Origin: Sedimentisphaerales bacterium
GTDB lineage: Bacteria > Planctomycetota > Phycisphaerae > Sedimentisphaerales > Anaerobacaceae
DNA length: 64,000 nucleotides
NCBI GenBank assembly: GCA_040772485.1
Contig: JAXGYC010000008.1
Span: 384,001 to 448,000, forward strand
Direction of reading: 5' to 3'
The translations under genes and the position numbers were made by a program. Of this stretch, positions 7,792 to 17,837 are shown one piece after another; positions within the stretch are counted from its first letter, which is position 1, and each line of letters opens with the position of its first letter. The notes under the pieces are model-generated. The model ran no database searches and was not told the origin of the DNA. It saw only the letters and a program-made list of their open reading frames with translations.

Positions 7792-9357
7792 ATGCGAAAG
7801 CTGATCGTGGTGTGGGTGGTATTGTGGTGTGGGGTGGCGGGTGGTCAGGTGGGGGAGCTGCCGGAGCGGGCGCCGGGGGCGTTCTTTCCGCTGAGGGCGC
7901 GGGACCATCGGGATGCGGGGTCGTTCCAGCGCGGCCGGCCGGTGGTGGGAACGACGTACTTCTACTGGTACGACATCGACAGCAACGCACATATCCTCGA
8001 CGGCGACGGCTCCGACGCGATGACGACGCATCCGGCGGACATGACCGACCTGAGCTACAAGCGGGCCTCCTGGCACCAGAGCCAACTGCTCGACGTGATG
8101 GACGCGGGGATCGACTTCGTCATGCCCGTTTACTGGGGCGTGCCCGGCGACTATGACGGCTGGAGCTTCGTGGGCCTGCCTCCCCTGGTCGAGGCGCACA
8201 GCGAGCTGGAGAAGGCGGGCCTGAACCCGCCGGCCATCGGCCTGTTCTACGACACCTCGATCCTCCAGTGGAACCGCTTCAACACCGATGGCAGCAGCTA
8301 CCACGTGGACCTGACCACCGACTTCGGCAAGCGCTGGTTCTACACGGCCATTCGCGATTTCTTCAGTCTGATCCCGCCGGCCAAGTGGGCCCGCGTCGAC
8401 GGCAGGCCGATCATCTTCTTCTACGAGGCAGCGTTTGCCGCCGGACAGGACCCCGCGCGGCAGTTCGCGTTCGTCAAGGAACGCTTCGCGGCCGATTTCG
8501 GCGTCGAGCCCTTCCTCGTGAAATCCGCCGGCTGGCAGGGCCAGGCGGACGCGACCTATTCCTGGGGCGGCGCGGTCAACGGGCCGATCCTCTTCGAGGA
8601 CGTGGCCGCACTGGGCCCGGGCTACGACCACAGCGCGGTGCCCGGCCGGCAACCTTTGATCGTCGAGCGTCACGATGGACAGACCTACATCGAGCGCTGG
8701 ACGAAGCTGCTGCAACTGCCGCCGGGGCAGAGGCCCTGGATGGTGCACGTCGAAACGTGGAACGAATGGCATGAGGGGACCGACGTCGCCCGCTCGCGCG
8801 AATACGGGCGAAGCTACATCGTGCTGACCAAGCTGTTCGCCGACATGTGGCACACCGATACGCAACTGCGGTTCGGCTCGCCTTATGCAGAGGCCGAGCG
8901 GATCGTCTGGGAAGCGGACACGCCCAAGGGCCTGACGCTGCGCCCCAGCGGCGGCGACGGCAACTGGCAGATCATCGAGCACGATGGGAGCGAGGCGGTT
9001 GTCACACTGCCCAACCCTCATTCGCAAACGACTCGCTATCTGTACTTCGACGTCGACGATGCGTTCGCGTTCGGCGTGCGCGGCAAGTCCGTGGCCCTCG
9101 CGGTGACGTACCGCGACGCAGGCTGCACCTCGTTCGGCGTCGACTACGACAGCACGGTCAGCGAAGGTCCGCTGGAAGGCTCGTTCCGGCCGGCCGGCAG
9201 CGTTGCAGTGACGGGCAGCGGCCAATGGAAGACCGCGCACTTCGCGCTGCCCGAATGCCGGTTCGCGGGCCGCTGCAACGGCGTGGACCTGCGCCTGGTC
9301 GCCACCGGCGGCAACATGGAACTGGCCGTCCGCCGCGTCGAGATCACCAAACCGTGA
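7792..9357 (+). CDS. Secreted DUF5010 / GH99-like glycoside hydrolase with C-terminal CBM-like domain
   Basis: TYFYWY, AGIDFVMPVYW, ARVDGRP, LGPGYDHS, VETWNEWHEGT; signal peptide. Confidence 0.75.
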   Translation: MRKLIVVWVVLWCGVAGGQVGELPERAPGAFFPLRARDHRDAGSFQRGRPVVGTTYFYWYDIDSNAHILDGDGSDAMTTHPADMTDLSYKRASWHQSQLLDVMDAGIDFVMPVYWGVPGDYDGWSFVGLPPLVEAHSELEKAGLNPPAIGLFYDTSILQWNRFNTDGSSYHVDLTTDFGKRWFYTAIRDFFSLIPPAKWARVDGRPIIFFYEAAFAAGQDPARQFAFVKERFAADFGVEPFLVKSAGWQGQADATYSWGGAVNGPILFEDVAALGPGYDHSAVPGRQPLIVERHDGQTYIERWTKLLQLPPGQRPWMVHVETWNEWHEGTDVARSREYGRSYIVLTKLFADMWHTDTQLRFGSPYAEAERIVWEADTPKGLTLRPSGGDGNWQIIEHDGSEAVVTLPNPHSQTTRYLYFDVDDAFAFGVRGKSVALAVTYRDAGCTSFGVDYDSTVSEGPLEGSFRPAGSVAVTGSGQWKTAHFALPECRFAGRCNGVDLRLVATGGNMELAVRRVEITKP

Positions 9358-9450
9358 ACCATCCCCAAGCTCTTCGAGCTTGAGGCTGCCACGGGGGTTT
9401 TGGTGTTGACTTCGGCATCCGAAAGGAGTAGGTTCGGCGCGGTCATATCT

Positions 9451-9462
9451 TACGTACACGTA
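9451..9462. promoter_or_regulatory. Putative MarR operator palindrome
   Basis: TACGT-AC-ACGTA 18 bp upstream of the marR start. Confidence 0.45.
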
Positions 9463-9480
9463 CCAGTTGCGGGGGTCGCG

Positions 9481-9960
9481 ATGGCGACCGGGCACGAGAT
9501 AGCGATGGGTTTGCGGGCCGCGTACGGGCGGATGCACCGGCAGAGCAACCTCTGTCTGGCCCGTCGAGGCGTCACCGTCGATCAGTTCGTGCTGTTGGCG
9601 CTGCTGGCCGAGCAGGACGGGATCACGCAGCAGGAACTGGTCCGGCGGGCCGGCTCCGACGCCAACACGATCCGCGCAATGCTGGTGCTCATGGAGGATC
9701 GCGGTCTGGTCGCGCGCCGGCCGCATCCCACCGACGGTCGCGCCCGCTGCGTCAGCCTGACGCGCAAAGGCCGACAGACCCTCAACCGCTTGTGGACGGA
9801 GAGCGAGCCGGTGCGACAGCGCCTGCTCGCCCCGTTCACTCCTGAAGAAGCCGACCTGCTGGTCGATTTCCTCGCGCGCATTTCCGAAGCGATGTCCCAA
9901 GAGAACGGCTCTACGCCGACCACCGAGACAGAACGAGTGCTGAAAGGAGAAGAAAGATGA
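9481..9960 (+). CDS. MarR family transcriptional regulator
   Basis: QFVLL..L..QDGITQQEL...DANTIR.ML..ME.RGLV.R..HPTDGRA..VSLT.KG. Confidence 0.92.
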   Translation: MATGHEIAMGLRAAYGRMHRQSNLCLARRGVTVDQFVLLALLAEQDGITQQELVRRAGSDANTIRAMLVLMEDRGLVARRPHPTDGRARCVSLTRKGRQTLNRLWTESEPVRQRLLAPFTPEEADLLVDFLARISEAMSQENGSTPTTETERVLKGEER

Positions 9961-11120
9961 ACAGATCCAGAGTCACCATCGCCGTGATAACGCTGGCCGC
10001 ATTGGTGCTGATCTTGGCAACGTCCGCGCAGGCGCAGCCTGGGCGGGGCAGATCGCGCGGACCACGGGTGACGTCGCCCGAGATCGCCGCCGACCGGCAC
10101 GTGACATTCCGCATCCTGGCGCCGGGGGCCGAGGCGGTGCGGCTGTCCGGTGGCGACATCCCCGGCGTCGGGCAGGGAGCGGAGATGACGAAGGACCCGA
10201 ACGGCGTCTGGGAAGTGACGCTCGGTCCGATCGGCGCGGGCGCGTACCGCTACAACTTCAACGTGTACGGCGTCTCGACCATCGACCCGCGCAACCCGGC
10301 CACCAGCGAATCCAACGCGAACACCTGGAGCCTCGTGTACGTCCCGGGCTCGGAGTTCATGGACACCCGGCAGGTGCCGCACGGCGCCGTCGCGGAGGTC
10401 ACGTACTGGTCGGCGTCGCTCGGGCGGTTTCGCCGTATGCACGTGTACACCCCGCCGGGTTATGAGTCGGGCCAGGCCAAGTACCCGGTCTTCTACCTGC
10501 TGCATGGGGCGTCCGACAGCGACGACTCTTGGACATCGGTCGGCCGGGCGGGCTTCATCCTCGACAACCTGATCGCGGCCGGCAAGGCCAGGCCGATGGT
10601 GGTGGTCATGCCCGCCGGACACACGGGGCCCTTCACGTTCGGCCGCCGGTCGGACGCCGATGAGTTCACGAAGGACTTTATCGGCGACATCATGCCGCAC
10701 GTGGAGAAGAACTATCGCGTCTACACCGACAAGGCCCACCGCGCCATCGCGGGCCTGTCCATGGGCGGCGCGCAGACGCTCAATCTCGCGATCCCCTACC
10801 CTGATAAGTTCGCGTACGTGGGCGTCTTCAGCTCGGGCATCTTCGGCATCGCCGGCGGCGGGCCCGGCGGCGCGCCCCAGGGACCATCGTGGGAAGAGCA
10901 GCACAAGGACAAACTCGACGGTGCCGAGCTGAAAGACGGGCTCAAGCTCGTCTGGTTCGCTACGGGCAAGGACGACTTCCTCGTCCAGACGTCGCGCGCA
11001 TCGGTCGAGATGCTCAAGAAGCACGGACTGGACGTCGTCTACAAGGAGACCGACGGCGCGCACACATGGATCAACTGGCGCGACTACCTCAACGAGTTCG
11101 CGCCGCAGTTGTTCCAGTAG
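9957..11120 (+). CDS. Secreted CE1-type esterase with N-terminal Ig/CBM48-like domain
   Basis: VYTPPGY, YLLHG, RAIAGLSMGG, GAHTWINWR; signal peptide; ATGA overlap with marR. Confidence 0.9.
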   Translation: MNRSRVTIAVITLAALVLILATSAQAQPGRGRSRGPRVTSPEIAADRHVTFRILAPGAEAVRLSGGDIPGVGQGAEMTKDPNGVWEVTLGPIGAGAYRYNFNVYGVSTIDPRNPATSESNANTWSLVYVPGSEFMDTRQVPHGAVAEVTYWSASLGRFRRMHVYTPPGYESGQAKYPVFYLLHGASDSDDSWTSVGRAGFILDNLIAAGKARPMVVVMPAGHTGPFTFGRRSDADEFTKDFIGDIMPHVEKNYRVYTDKAHRAIAGLSMGGAQTLNLAIPYPDKFAYVGVFSSGIFGIAGGGPGGAPQGPSWEEQHKDKLDGAELKDGLKLVWFATGKDDFLVQTSRASVEMLKKHGLDVVYKETDGAHTWINWRDYLNEFAPQLFQ

Positions 11121-11151
11121 GTCGTCCGCGCGGAAACGCCGGAAGGCAATG

Positions 11152-12966
11152 TCATCTGGCGCCGCAGGTGTTGAACAGGCTGTAGAAGGTGTAGGTGTCG
11201 CCATACTTCGGGGCGAGCCGGTCGAAGACGGTCTGGTTGTTGCCCTGCGCACCCCTGACGACGGTGGTGATCTCGCGGAACTGGTTCTGCACGTCGGGCT
11301 CGATGGTCCAGCCGCGCGCGTCCGGGGTAGTATTAGTCTCCAGCGCATGCACCAGCACCGCCTCGGCCCAGTGGCGCGGAAGCCGCGTGTATCCCAGCGG
11401 CCCCAGCAGAGGCAGACAGCGCACCAGCTCGGCCCGCTGATGCGTCAGGAGAAAATGCGCCATGAGATATTCAAACGCCAGGCGATGATCGGGGTGGTCC
11501 TGCAACAGCCTCTTGAGCAGGGGCTCGAAGGAAATCCCTGCGATCGCATGGTTCGTCGTCGCCTGCGCGCGGCCCCAGGCGCCGATCAGCGGATCGCTGT
11601 CGGCCCTGGCGGGGTCGGCGATCACATCCGCCCACCGGCGCGCCAGCGCGCGACCGCCGGCGAATTTCTCCAACGCCTCGAACACGATCCGGGCGGACTC
11701 GTGCTGCCCTTTGACCAGATGGATGCGGACCAGCGCCTCCAGCACATGCGGGGACGGGCCTTCGTTGTCCAACAGCTCGTAGGCATTCTTCTCGGCGGCG
11801 TTCGGGCAACCCAGGTCGAGGTACAGCTCCAGCAGCTTGGCGTGCTGAAAACGCCCGGTCATGTCGTCAAAGCTCAGGAACAGCGTTTTGGTCCCATCCT
11901 GCGGATAGGCGCACAGCTCGTCGCCCGAGCGACCCAGGTGCGTCAGAGCGCGATTGACATCGAAGACGCCGGAACGCGTGAAGGCACGTTTGCCGCGCAT
12001 GCGATGCGCCAGAGCGATGACGCGATCCCACTGGCGTTGCTGGGCATAGCAGTGCAGCGCTCGTTCGTCGCGGAGATGGTTCCGTGAAAGCGCCAGGCAC
12101 AGGGCCGAGATCAGAATCACCGCGATCATCCGCGCAGCGATCCACGGGCGACGCGATGCGCGTTCTCGCACGACAAGGCTTTGCCCGAGAGATGTGACCA
12201 GAATCAGAACTGGGACAAAGGCATACAGGACAAGCATCAGCGAACGGGAGAAAGCGGTCAATTCAAGACTGCGGCCGGAATCCCAGAGTGTGCCAATCGT
12301 GAAGATCTCACGGAGTTCGAGGCCGAAGATGAATCGACCCGGAACGAAGGAAACACAGGCGGCCAGAAGAGCTGCAACGACTGCGACGACGATTCGCCGA
12401 TGCAGCAGGGCCTCGATCAGGCAGATGACGCCGGCAAAGACGAAGGCCGATGCGCCAATCAGGTAATATGCCGTCGCAAACAGGACCGCAAACACGCCCG
12501 CCCGCATCGACAAGACCTTGGTCGGAATCGACTCGTACAGGACCGCCATCCAGACCGACAGCACGATCGCAAGCAGGGCCGGAAGCGGATCGTCGTAGCG
12601 GCTATAGATCATCAAGGCGACGATCACCGGGACCCAGGCCAGGTCCCTCGACCAACTCGCCCGCATCGCGCGCAGCAGGCGCTGCACACCGACGAAGAGC
12701 AGGACCAGCACCGCGATGATGACGAGGGCCCCCAGCCAGGGGTTGCGATACGTCTGCGCCAGCAGTGCGGCCAGCGCGTTGAGCGGACCGCCGGGCGCGC
12801 CGAACGCGGTTCGAAGAAACGGGGCTTCCCAGGAGAAAACCGGATACGCCGCAAACACGCCGAAGCCGTGATACAGCAGTTGAGGTTGAACCCCCCTCCA
12901 CACATATACGAACAGGCCCAGGAACAGACCTCCCTGCCACCAGAGCTCCAGCCTTCGACGGTCCAT
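11152..12966 (-). CDS. DUF6057 family membrane protein
   Basis: Multiple TM helices, PGG..N motif, C-terminal AFEYLMA..LL and YGDTYTFY. Confidence 0.8.
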   Translation of the reverse strand: MDRRRLELWWQGGLFLGLFVYVWRGVQPQLLYHGFGVFAAYPVFSWEAPFLRTAFGAPGGPLNALAALLAQTYRNPWLGALVIIAVLVLLFVGVQRLLRAMRASWSRDLAWVPVIVALMIYSRYDDPLPALLAIVLSVWMAVLYESIPTKVLSMRAGVFAVLFATAYYLIGASAFVFAGVICLIEALLHRRIVVAVVAALLAACVSFVPGRFIFGLELREIFTIGTLWDSGRSLELTAFSRSLMLVLYAFVPVLILVTSLGQSLVVRERASRRPWIAARMIAVILISALCLALSRNHLRDERALHCYAQQRQWDRVIALAHRMRGKRAFTRSGVFDVNRALTHLGRSGDELCAYPQDGTKTLFLSFDDMTGRFQHAKLLELYLDLGCPNAAEKNAYELLDNEGPSPHVLEALVRIHLVKGQHESARIVFEALEKFAGGRALARRWADVIADPARADSDPLIGAWGRAQATTNHAIAGISFEPLLKRLLQDHPDHRLAFEYLMAHFLLTHQRAELVRCLPLLGPLGYTRLPRHWAEAVLVHALETNTTPDARGWTIEPDVQNQFREITTVVRGAQGNNQTVFDRLAPKYGDTYTFYSLFNTCGAR

Positions 12967-13161
12967 TTCGCCCTTATAGTGCATCGGGGCCGAAGCCGAC
13001 AAGAAAAACGTTGGTTCCTGTGGCGACGGCAGTAAGATGGGCACGTGTATCTGAGCATCCCGACAACAATGTCGCCGATCGGACAGGCACGCCGCTGCCA
13101 TGACGCAAAAACGCGCAGAACCAGAGGACTTCATCCGCAGGCGGGTCCGGGAGACCCTGTG

Positions 13162-14706
13162 ATGAGATCGCGCAGACTCCCGGCGGCGCCTCTTGTCTTG
13201 TGCGCGATGGCAGCGGTCTTCTTCGTCGGCTCGTGCGAAGACGAGCGACCGCAATCGCCCGCGGCCGTGGGCAAGACGCCACGGGTCACGCCCGATTATG
13301 CGGGGATCGTCCTTCCGCCCAACATCGCCCCGTTGAACTTCCGGATCGACGAATCCGGCCGCCGATACGCCGCCAGGATCCATTCGGACGCGGGAGAAGA
13401 GATCGAGATTCTCAGCCGAACGGGCGAGATCGTCATCCCCCTGGCAAACTGGAAGGCCCTGCTCAGCACAAATGTCGGCAAGGAGATCGCCGTCGACGTG
13501 TACGTGCAGAGCGAGGACGGCAAGTGGAATCAGTACCAGCCCATCCGCAACAGAATCGCACCAGAGCCGATCGACTCGCATCTGGTCTACCGTTTCATGA
13601 TGCCCTCGTCATATTTCCCCAAGCCGATGCAAATCTGTCAGCGGAATCTGGAGACGTTCGACGAAGAGGTCCTGCTCGACACCCGTAACTTCGGGAACGG
13701 CTGCGCCAACTGCCACAGCTTCGTGGGCACCAATCCCGACAAGATGCTCCTGGGGATTCGCAGCACCTCCTTTCCCAGCGCGACCCTCTACGCTCGCGAA
13801 GGCCGCATCGAAAGGATCGGCGCCAAGTTCGGATACACCTCGTGGCATCCGAGCGGCAGGATCGTGACGTATTCGATCAACGACGTGCGGCAGTTCTTCC
13901 ACACGGCGCAGCAGGAAATCCACGACGTGGTCGACCTCGATTCGATCATCGTCTACTACGACGTCGAGAGAAAGGAGATCCGCACGGCGCCGGCTCTGTC
14001 CGACAAGACGCGTCTGGAGACCTATCCCGCCTGGACGCCGGACGGCAAGTACCTGTACTTTTGCAGCGCCCCGCTGCTATGGACGGACATGCAGACGGTG
14101 CCGCCCAGGCGATATGCCGAAGTCCAGTACGATCTGATGCGAATCCCTTACGACCTCGCAACGGACGCCTGGGGCGCGGCGGAGACGGTGCTGAGCGCCA
14201 AGAACACCGGCCGCAGCATCTTGTTGCCTCGCGTCTCGCCCGACGGCCGCTTCCTGCTGTTCTGCATGAGCCGATACGGGTGTTTCCCCGTCTACCAGCC
14301 GACCAGCGATCTGTACATGATGGACCTGACGACCGGCGCGTACCGCGAGGTCGCGATCAACAGCGAACACAGCGAGTCATGGCACAGTTGGTCGAGCAAC
14401 AGCCGTTGGATCATATTCAGCAGCAAGAGACACGGAGGCCTGTACACCCGACCGTACATCAGCTACGTGGACGCCGAGGGCCGGACGCACAAGCCGTTCG
14501 TGCTGCCGCAACGGCGTCCGTCGTTCTATGAATCGTGCTATCGTCTCTACAGCGTGCCGGAACTGGTCGACGCAGCCGTGACTGTGAACGGCCGGTCGCT
14601 GGTCGATGCGATCTCCGGTCCCGCCCAGATCAGCGTCAATTCGATCACGGGCGCGACCCCCAGCAGCACCGAGGCCTATCCCAAGGGCCGCCCCAGTGTG
14701 CAGTGA
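13162..14706 (+). CDS. TolB-like PD40/WD40 beta-propeller lipoprotein with CxxCH motif
   Basis: Lipobox FVGSC; PDY.GIVLPPNIAPLNF; GCANCHSF; ETYPAWTPDGK, PRVSPDGRFL, SWHSWSSNSRW. Confidence 0.85.
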   Translation: MRSRRLPAAPLVLCAMAAVFFVGSCEDERPQSPAAVGKTPRVTPDYAGIVLPPNIAPLNFRIDESGRRYAARIHSDAGEEIEILSRTGEIVIPLANWKALLSTNVGKEIAVDVYVQSEDGKWNQYQPIRNRIAPEPIDSHLVYRFMMPSSYFPKPMQICQRNLETFDEEVLLDTRNFGNGCANCHSFVGTNPDKMLLGIRSTSFPSATLYAREGRIERIGAKFGYTSWHPSGRIVTYSINDVRQFFHTAQQEIHDVVDLDSIIVYYDVERKEIRTAPALSDKTRLETYPAWTPDGKYLYFCSAPLLWTDMQTVPPRRYAEVQYDLMRIPYDLATDAWGAAETVLSAKNTGRSILLPRVSPDGRFLLFCMSRYGCFPVYQPTSDLYMMDLTTGAYREVAINSEHSESWHSWSSNSRWIIFSSKRHGGLYTRPYISYVDAEGRTHKPFVLPQRRPSFYESCYRLYSVPELVDAAVTVNGRSLVDAISGPAQISVNSITGATPSSTEAYPKGRPSVQ

Positions 14707-15233
14707 CCGGACGAAGCCGATGAACCGGCGGGCGCTGCGATCACTTCGATCTCCACGGGGTTGCTCACCACGGTGATATCCTCCAGATCGAACGCCACCT
14801 GGATCGTATGCCGGCCGGGTCCCAGCGGCAGCCCCATTTCCGCGGGCACAGTCAACATCAGGTCGGCCAATTCCCCGCCGGGAGCCAGCGGATGCATCTT
14901 CGCTGGGGCCGCCTGGTCCCGGCGCCGCTGGTGCCACCGCCCGTCCAGCCAAACGCGATCGGGACAGATGGGTTCATGGACATCGAAGGCGAACAACCGC
15001 CGGCTCTGATTGCGGAGGTCCAGTCTGAAGGTCGGCGTCTCGGCGCTCTGCCAGAGGCGTTTCGTCGGGCGCAATCGGCACTGCAACCCTTCGGCTTGTG
15101 GTCCCCAGTCGGACGTCGTCCGCACGATACGATCTGTCCGCCCTGCAAGCACCCTGTCCTCTCGCGAGCAACCCCCGGACAGGAGACTGCCAAGCAGCAT
15201 GATGACCACGGCTCGCATTGCTGTCTTCGCCAT
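14676..15233 (-). CDS. Hypothetical lipoprotein
   Basis: Lipobox LSGGC; WG...EGLQCRL and C-terminal VSNPVEIEV. Confidence 0.7.
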   Translation of the reverse strand: MAKTAMRAVVIMLLGSLLSGGCSREDRVLAGRTDRIVRTTSDWGPQAEGLQCRLRPTKRLWQSAETPTFRLDLRNQSRRLFAFDVHEPICPDRVWLDGRWHQRRRDQAAPAKMHPLAPGGELADLMLTVPAEMGLPLGPGRHTIQVAFDLEDITVVSNPVEIEVIAAPAGSSASSGHCTLGRPLG

Positions 15234-15394
15234 AGGTTCTCTCTGCCACATCACGGTTTCGCCGGATCGACGCCGGACCATTATACGCACGTCCGGCCGT
15301 GATGCCAGAGAACCCTTGCCACGAAGTGCCGGTATGCACTGTCCGCGGCCTTTTTCGACCTGGAAAAGCCGCTCTCGGGAGACTTTTCTACGGT

Positions 15395-15673
15395 TTATCC
15401 ACCTTAAGGCGCGCCGGTCGGACAAATTCTCCAGGTCCGAGAAATAGCCAACAAGCTTGGGGCTTTGGGTAAGAGAAAGTATCCCCGCCTTCGCGAGGGG
15501 GAAATCATCAACTCATAAGCTACTGAAAACACAAGCGTTATGCGATATCAAAACGCCGGCCTCTTCACTGCGACCTCAAATGCCTTCCAGGCGGGCACGC
15601 CGGTTGCAGCATTCCGCCGGATGTAGACAGGCTATGACCCACTCGTCGCCAACTTGTCCACACGTTATCCACA
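15395..15673. promoter_or_regulatory. DnaA-box cluster
   Basis: TTATCCACA perfect (15665-15673), TTGTCCACA (15654-15662), TTATCCACC (15395-15403). Confidence 0.6.
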
Positions 15674-15751
15674 ATTGCGTCGACCCAGGGACGCGACCGC
15701 GACGTACACGACCATCGGCCGTCTCCAAACTTACCGGCGGACGATTGTAGA

Positions 15752-15810
15752 TCTCGGATTCGGATTGGCCTCGGCGCGCAGATCCGCAATCCGCAACCCC
15801 CAATCCACCA
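15752..15810. repeat. Heptamer palindromic repeat
   Basis: TCGGATT/CGGATTG ... AATCCGC/AACCCCC/AATCCAC. Confidence 0.6.
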
Positions 15811-15926
15811 GCGTACGGGGTCTTGGGAAAATGCGGCGGTCGCCCGATAATTGCCGGCCCATTCGTGCTGCGCACGGGCATCTGTTCTCAAAGTGGACCC
15901 CGGCGGCCCGATTCGGCCTAATTCTC

Positions 15927-15955
15927 TTGACATTGGGTCGGAAATTGGGTAGACT
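15927..15955 (+). promoter_or_regulatory. Sigma70-type promoter upstream of the PEP-CTERM genes
   Basis: TTGACA-N17-TAGACT. Confidence 0.7.
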
Positions 15956-16216
15956 GATCCTCGTAGATCGTTCCACGGAGCGATCCACTCGAAATGGGGG
16001 GTGCTCATCGCTTACCTTCATGGGCACTCAGTAAGGCAGGTTTGGCAGTTTCGTTCGATGGCCCGGATTCATCCTTGGGGTGTTTCCGCACGGCCGTCTG
16101 CGACCGGGGGGTTGCAGGACTCATGCGACAGACGCAGGTCCACCACGCCATGTCGATGCTGTGGGTCTATTCAGACCGCAACCAGAGGGGCGCCTGGAGC
16201 GCCCGGGCATTCGTGG

Positions 16217-16280
16217 TTTCGGTCGTTTCAATCCTTTCGGTCCCTTAGGACCAAGAGGACCGGAAGGACTGAAGGGATCC
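16217..16280. repeat. 9-bp-periodic inverted repeat, copy 1
   Basis: (TTTCGGTCY)n facing (AGGACCRRA)n. Confidence 0.7.
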
Positions 16281-16336
16281 CCTCGTGACGGCCATCGCGG
16301 GCCGCCGACCGTGCCGGCACTTGGGAGTGTGGTGAC

Positions 16337-17134
16337 ATGATACGGGCAAACACATCACGACAGCTTTCGGCGATCCTTGGATTCGCCCTGCTGCTCTCGG
16401 CCGTGCCGTCGCTTCAGGCCGACACTGTGGACGCCGTGCACGATGGCTTCGGGGCCTACGACAGCATCATCTTCTGGGGCGGTGGGTACGCCGGAGACAT
16501 CGTGGGGGCCGGCGTCTACATGCTCGACAAGACCAACAGCACTGGAATCGGCGACACGTGGTCGAACGGCCTGATCCCCGGATTCTGCATCGAGCTGCAC
16601 GAACCGGCGCCCGACGTCACTGTGACATACGACGTGCAAATGCCCGACGACGTCTACAACAGCTACACGGGCGAGGTGCTCGGCACCACGAAGGCCAACT
16701 ACCTCCGCGAGCTGTGGGCCACGCATTACGACTCGGCCTGGGCCAGCGGCGGCTCCTATACCGACCAGCAGAACAGCATGGCAGCGGTTTTCGCGGCGGC
16801 GATCTGGGAAATCATCTACGAGAAGCTCCCGGCAACGCCGGCCGGCTGGGATGTCACCGTCGACGGGACGCCCGGCTACGGCGGCTTCCGCGCGACCAAC
16901 CTCGACATCGAGACCGCCAACAAATGGCTGCACGAGCTGACCGGCGGCGGCGCCAAGGCGGACCTGCTCGTCATCTCGCACAACGGCATGCAGGACTACC
17001 TCGTGGCGGTCCCCGAGCCGGCGACCCTGATGCTGCTCGGACTGGGCGGGGCGCTCGGTCTTCTTGGACGCAGACGAAGAACGATGGTGCGACAACGCTT
17101 CGATATCAGGAGCGAACGATGCATCGGCGCCTGA
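16337..17134 (+). CDS. PEP-CTERM sorting-domain protein
   Basis: Signal peptide; GFCIEL; AAIWEIIYE; QDYLVAVPEPATLMLLGLGG...RRRR. Confidence 0.9.
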   Translation: MIRANTSRQLSAILGFALLLSAVPSLQADTVDAVHDGFGAYDSIIFWGGGYAGDIVGAGVYMLDKTNSTGIGDTWSNGLIPGFCIELHEPAPDVTVTYDVQMPDDVYNSYTGEVLGTTKANYLRELWATHYDSAWASGGSYTDQQNSMAAVFAAAIWEIIYEKLPATPAGWDVTVDGTPGYGGFRATNLDIETANKWLHELTGGGAKADLLVISHNGMQDYLVAVPEPATLMLLGLGGALGLLGRRRRTMVRQRFDIRSERCIGA

Positions 17135-17159
17135 GCGCGACGACACCGAAGGAAAACGC

Positions 17160-17837
17160 ATGAAAGCTTTGTTGACAGCAATGGTCATACTCGTGACAGT
17201 CGTCTGTGCCGGGGCATCTGCCGAGACGGTCCCGCCACAGCAGGTGCTGGAATTCAGCCCGGCGCCGGCCGCTGCCGGCGACTGGTCCTACAACGGCGCG
17301 GGCGTCCTGAGCTTCGACCAGGACATCATCATCAGTTCCGGCCTGGGCAGCAACTATGACGCCCTGGTCGGCGCGCACGTCTATCTGCCGACGTTTCAGG
17401 TCGCAGGCATTCCCGATGCTCCGTACGTACTGACCCCGTTGGGCAGCGCGCAGATCGTCATCAAGAGCGCCGACAACAGCGTGACCTACCTGACCGGCGC
17501 GCTGGGCAGCGGCGATCTGTCCACCATCGGAACGGTGGCCGGCGGGTTCACGCAGTTCCAGATGGACATCACCGACCTGTTCATCACGCACGAAGGCTCA
17601 GCGCTCGGATCGGCGGCACTGGCCCTCCTCGAAAACCTCGGACTACCCTCGCTCGATTTCGAGCTTTCTCTTCAAGGTGGAAGCGGCCCGGGCTACTACA
17701 GCTTCGCCCAGATGCTCGACGGCGGCTACAGCGGCAGCGGCGGGTTCAGTGGGGCCATGTCGGTCCCCGAACCGACGACCATCGCCCTGCTCGCGCTCGG
17801 CGGCCTGGCCTTGGCGCGAAAGCGCCGCAACGAATAA
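17160..17837 (+). CDS. PEP-CTERM sorting-domain protein
   Basis: GAAGGA RBS; signal peptide ending ASA; VPEPTTIALLALGGLALARKRR. Confidence 0.9.
   Translation: MKALLTAMVILVTVVCAGASAETVPPQQVLEFSPAPAAAGDWSYNGAGVLSFDQDIIISSGLGSNYDALVGAHVYLPTFQVAGIPDAPYVLTPLGSAQIVIKSADNSVTYLTGALGSGDLSTIGTVAGGFTQFQMDITDLFITHEGSALGSAALALLENLGLPSLDFELSLQGGSGPGYYSFAQMLDGGYSGSGGFSGAMSVPEPTTIALLALGGLALARKRRNE

Noticed and set aside
7519..9900. 793-aa minus-strand ORF
   Set aside because: Antisense to the DUF5010 and marR genes; typical high-GC shadow frame without motifs
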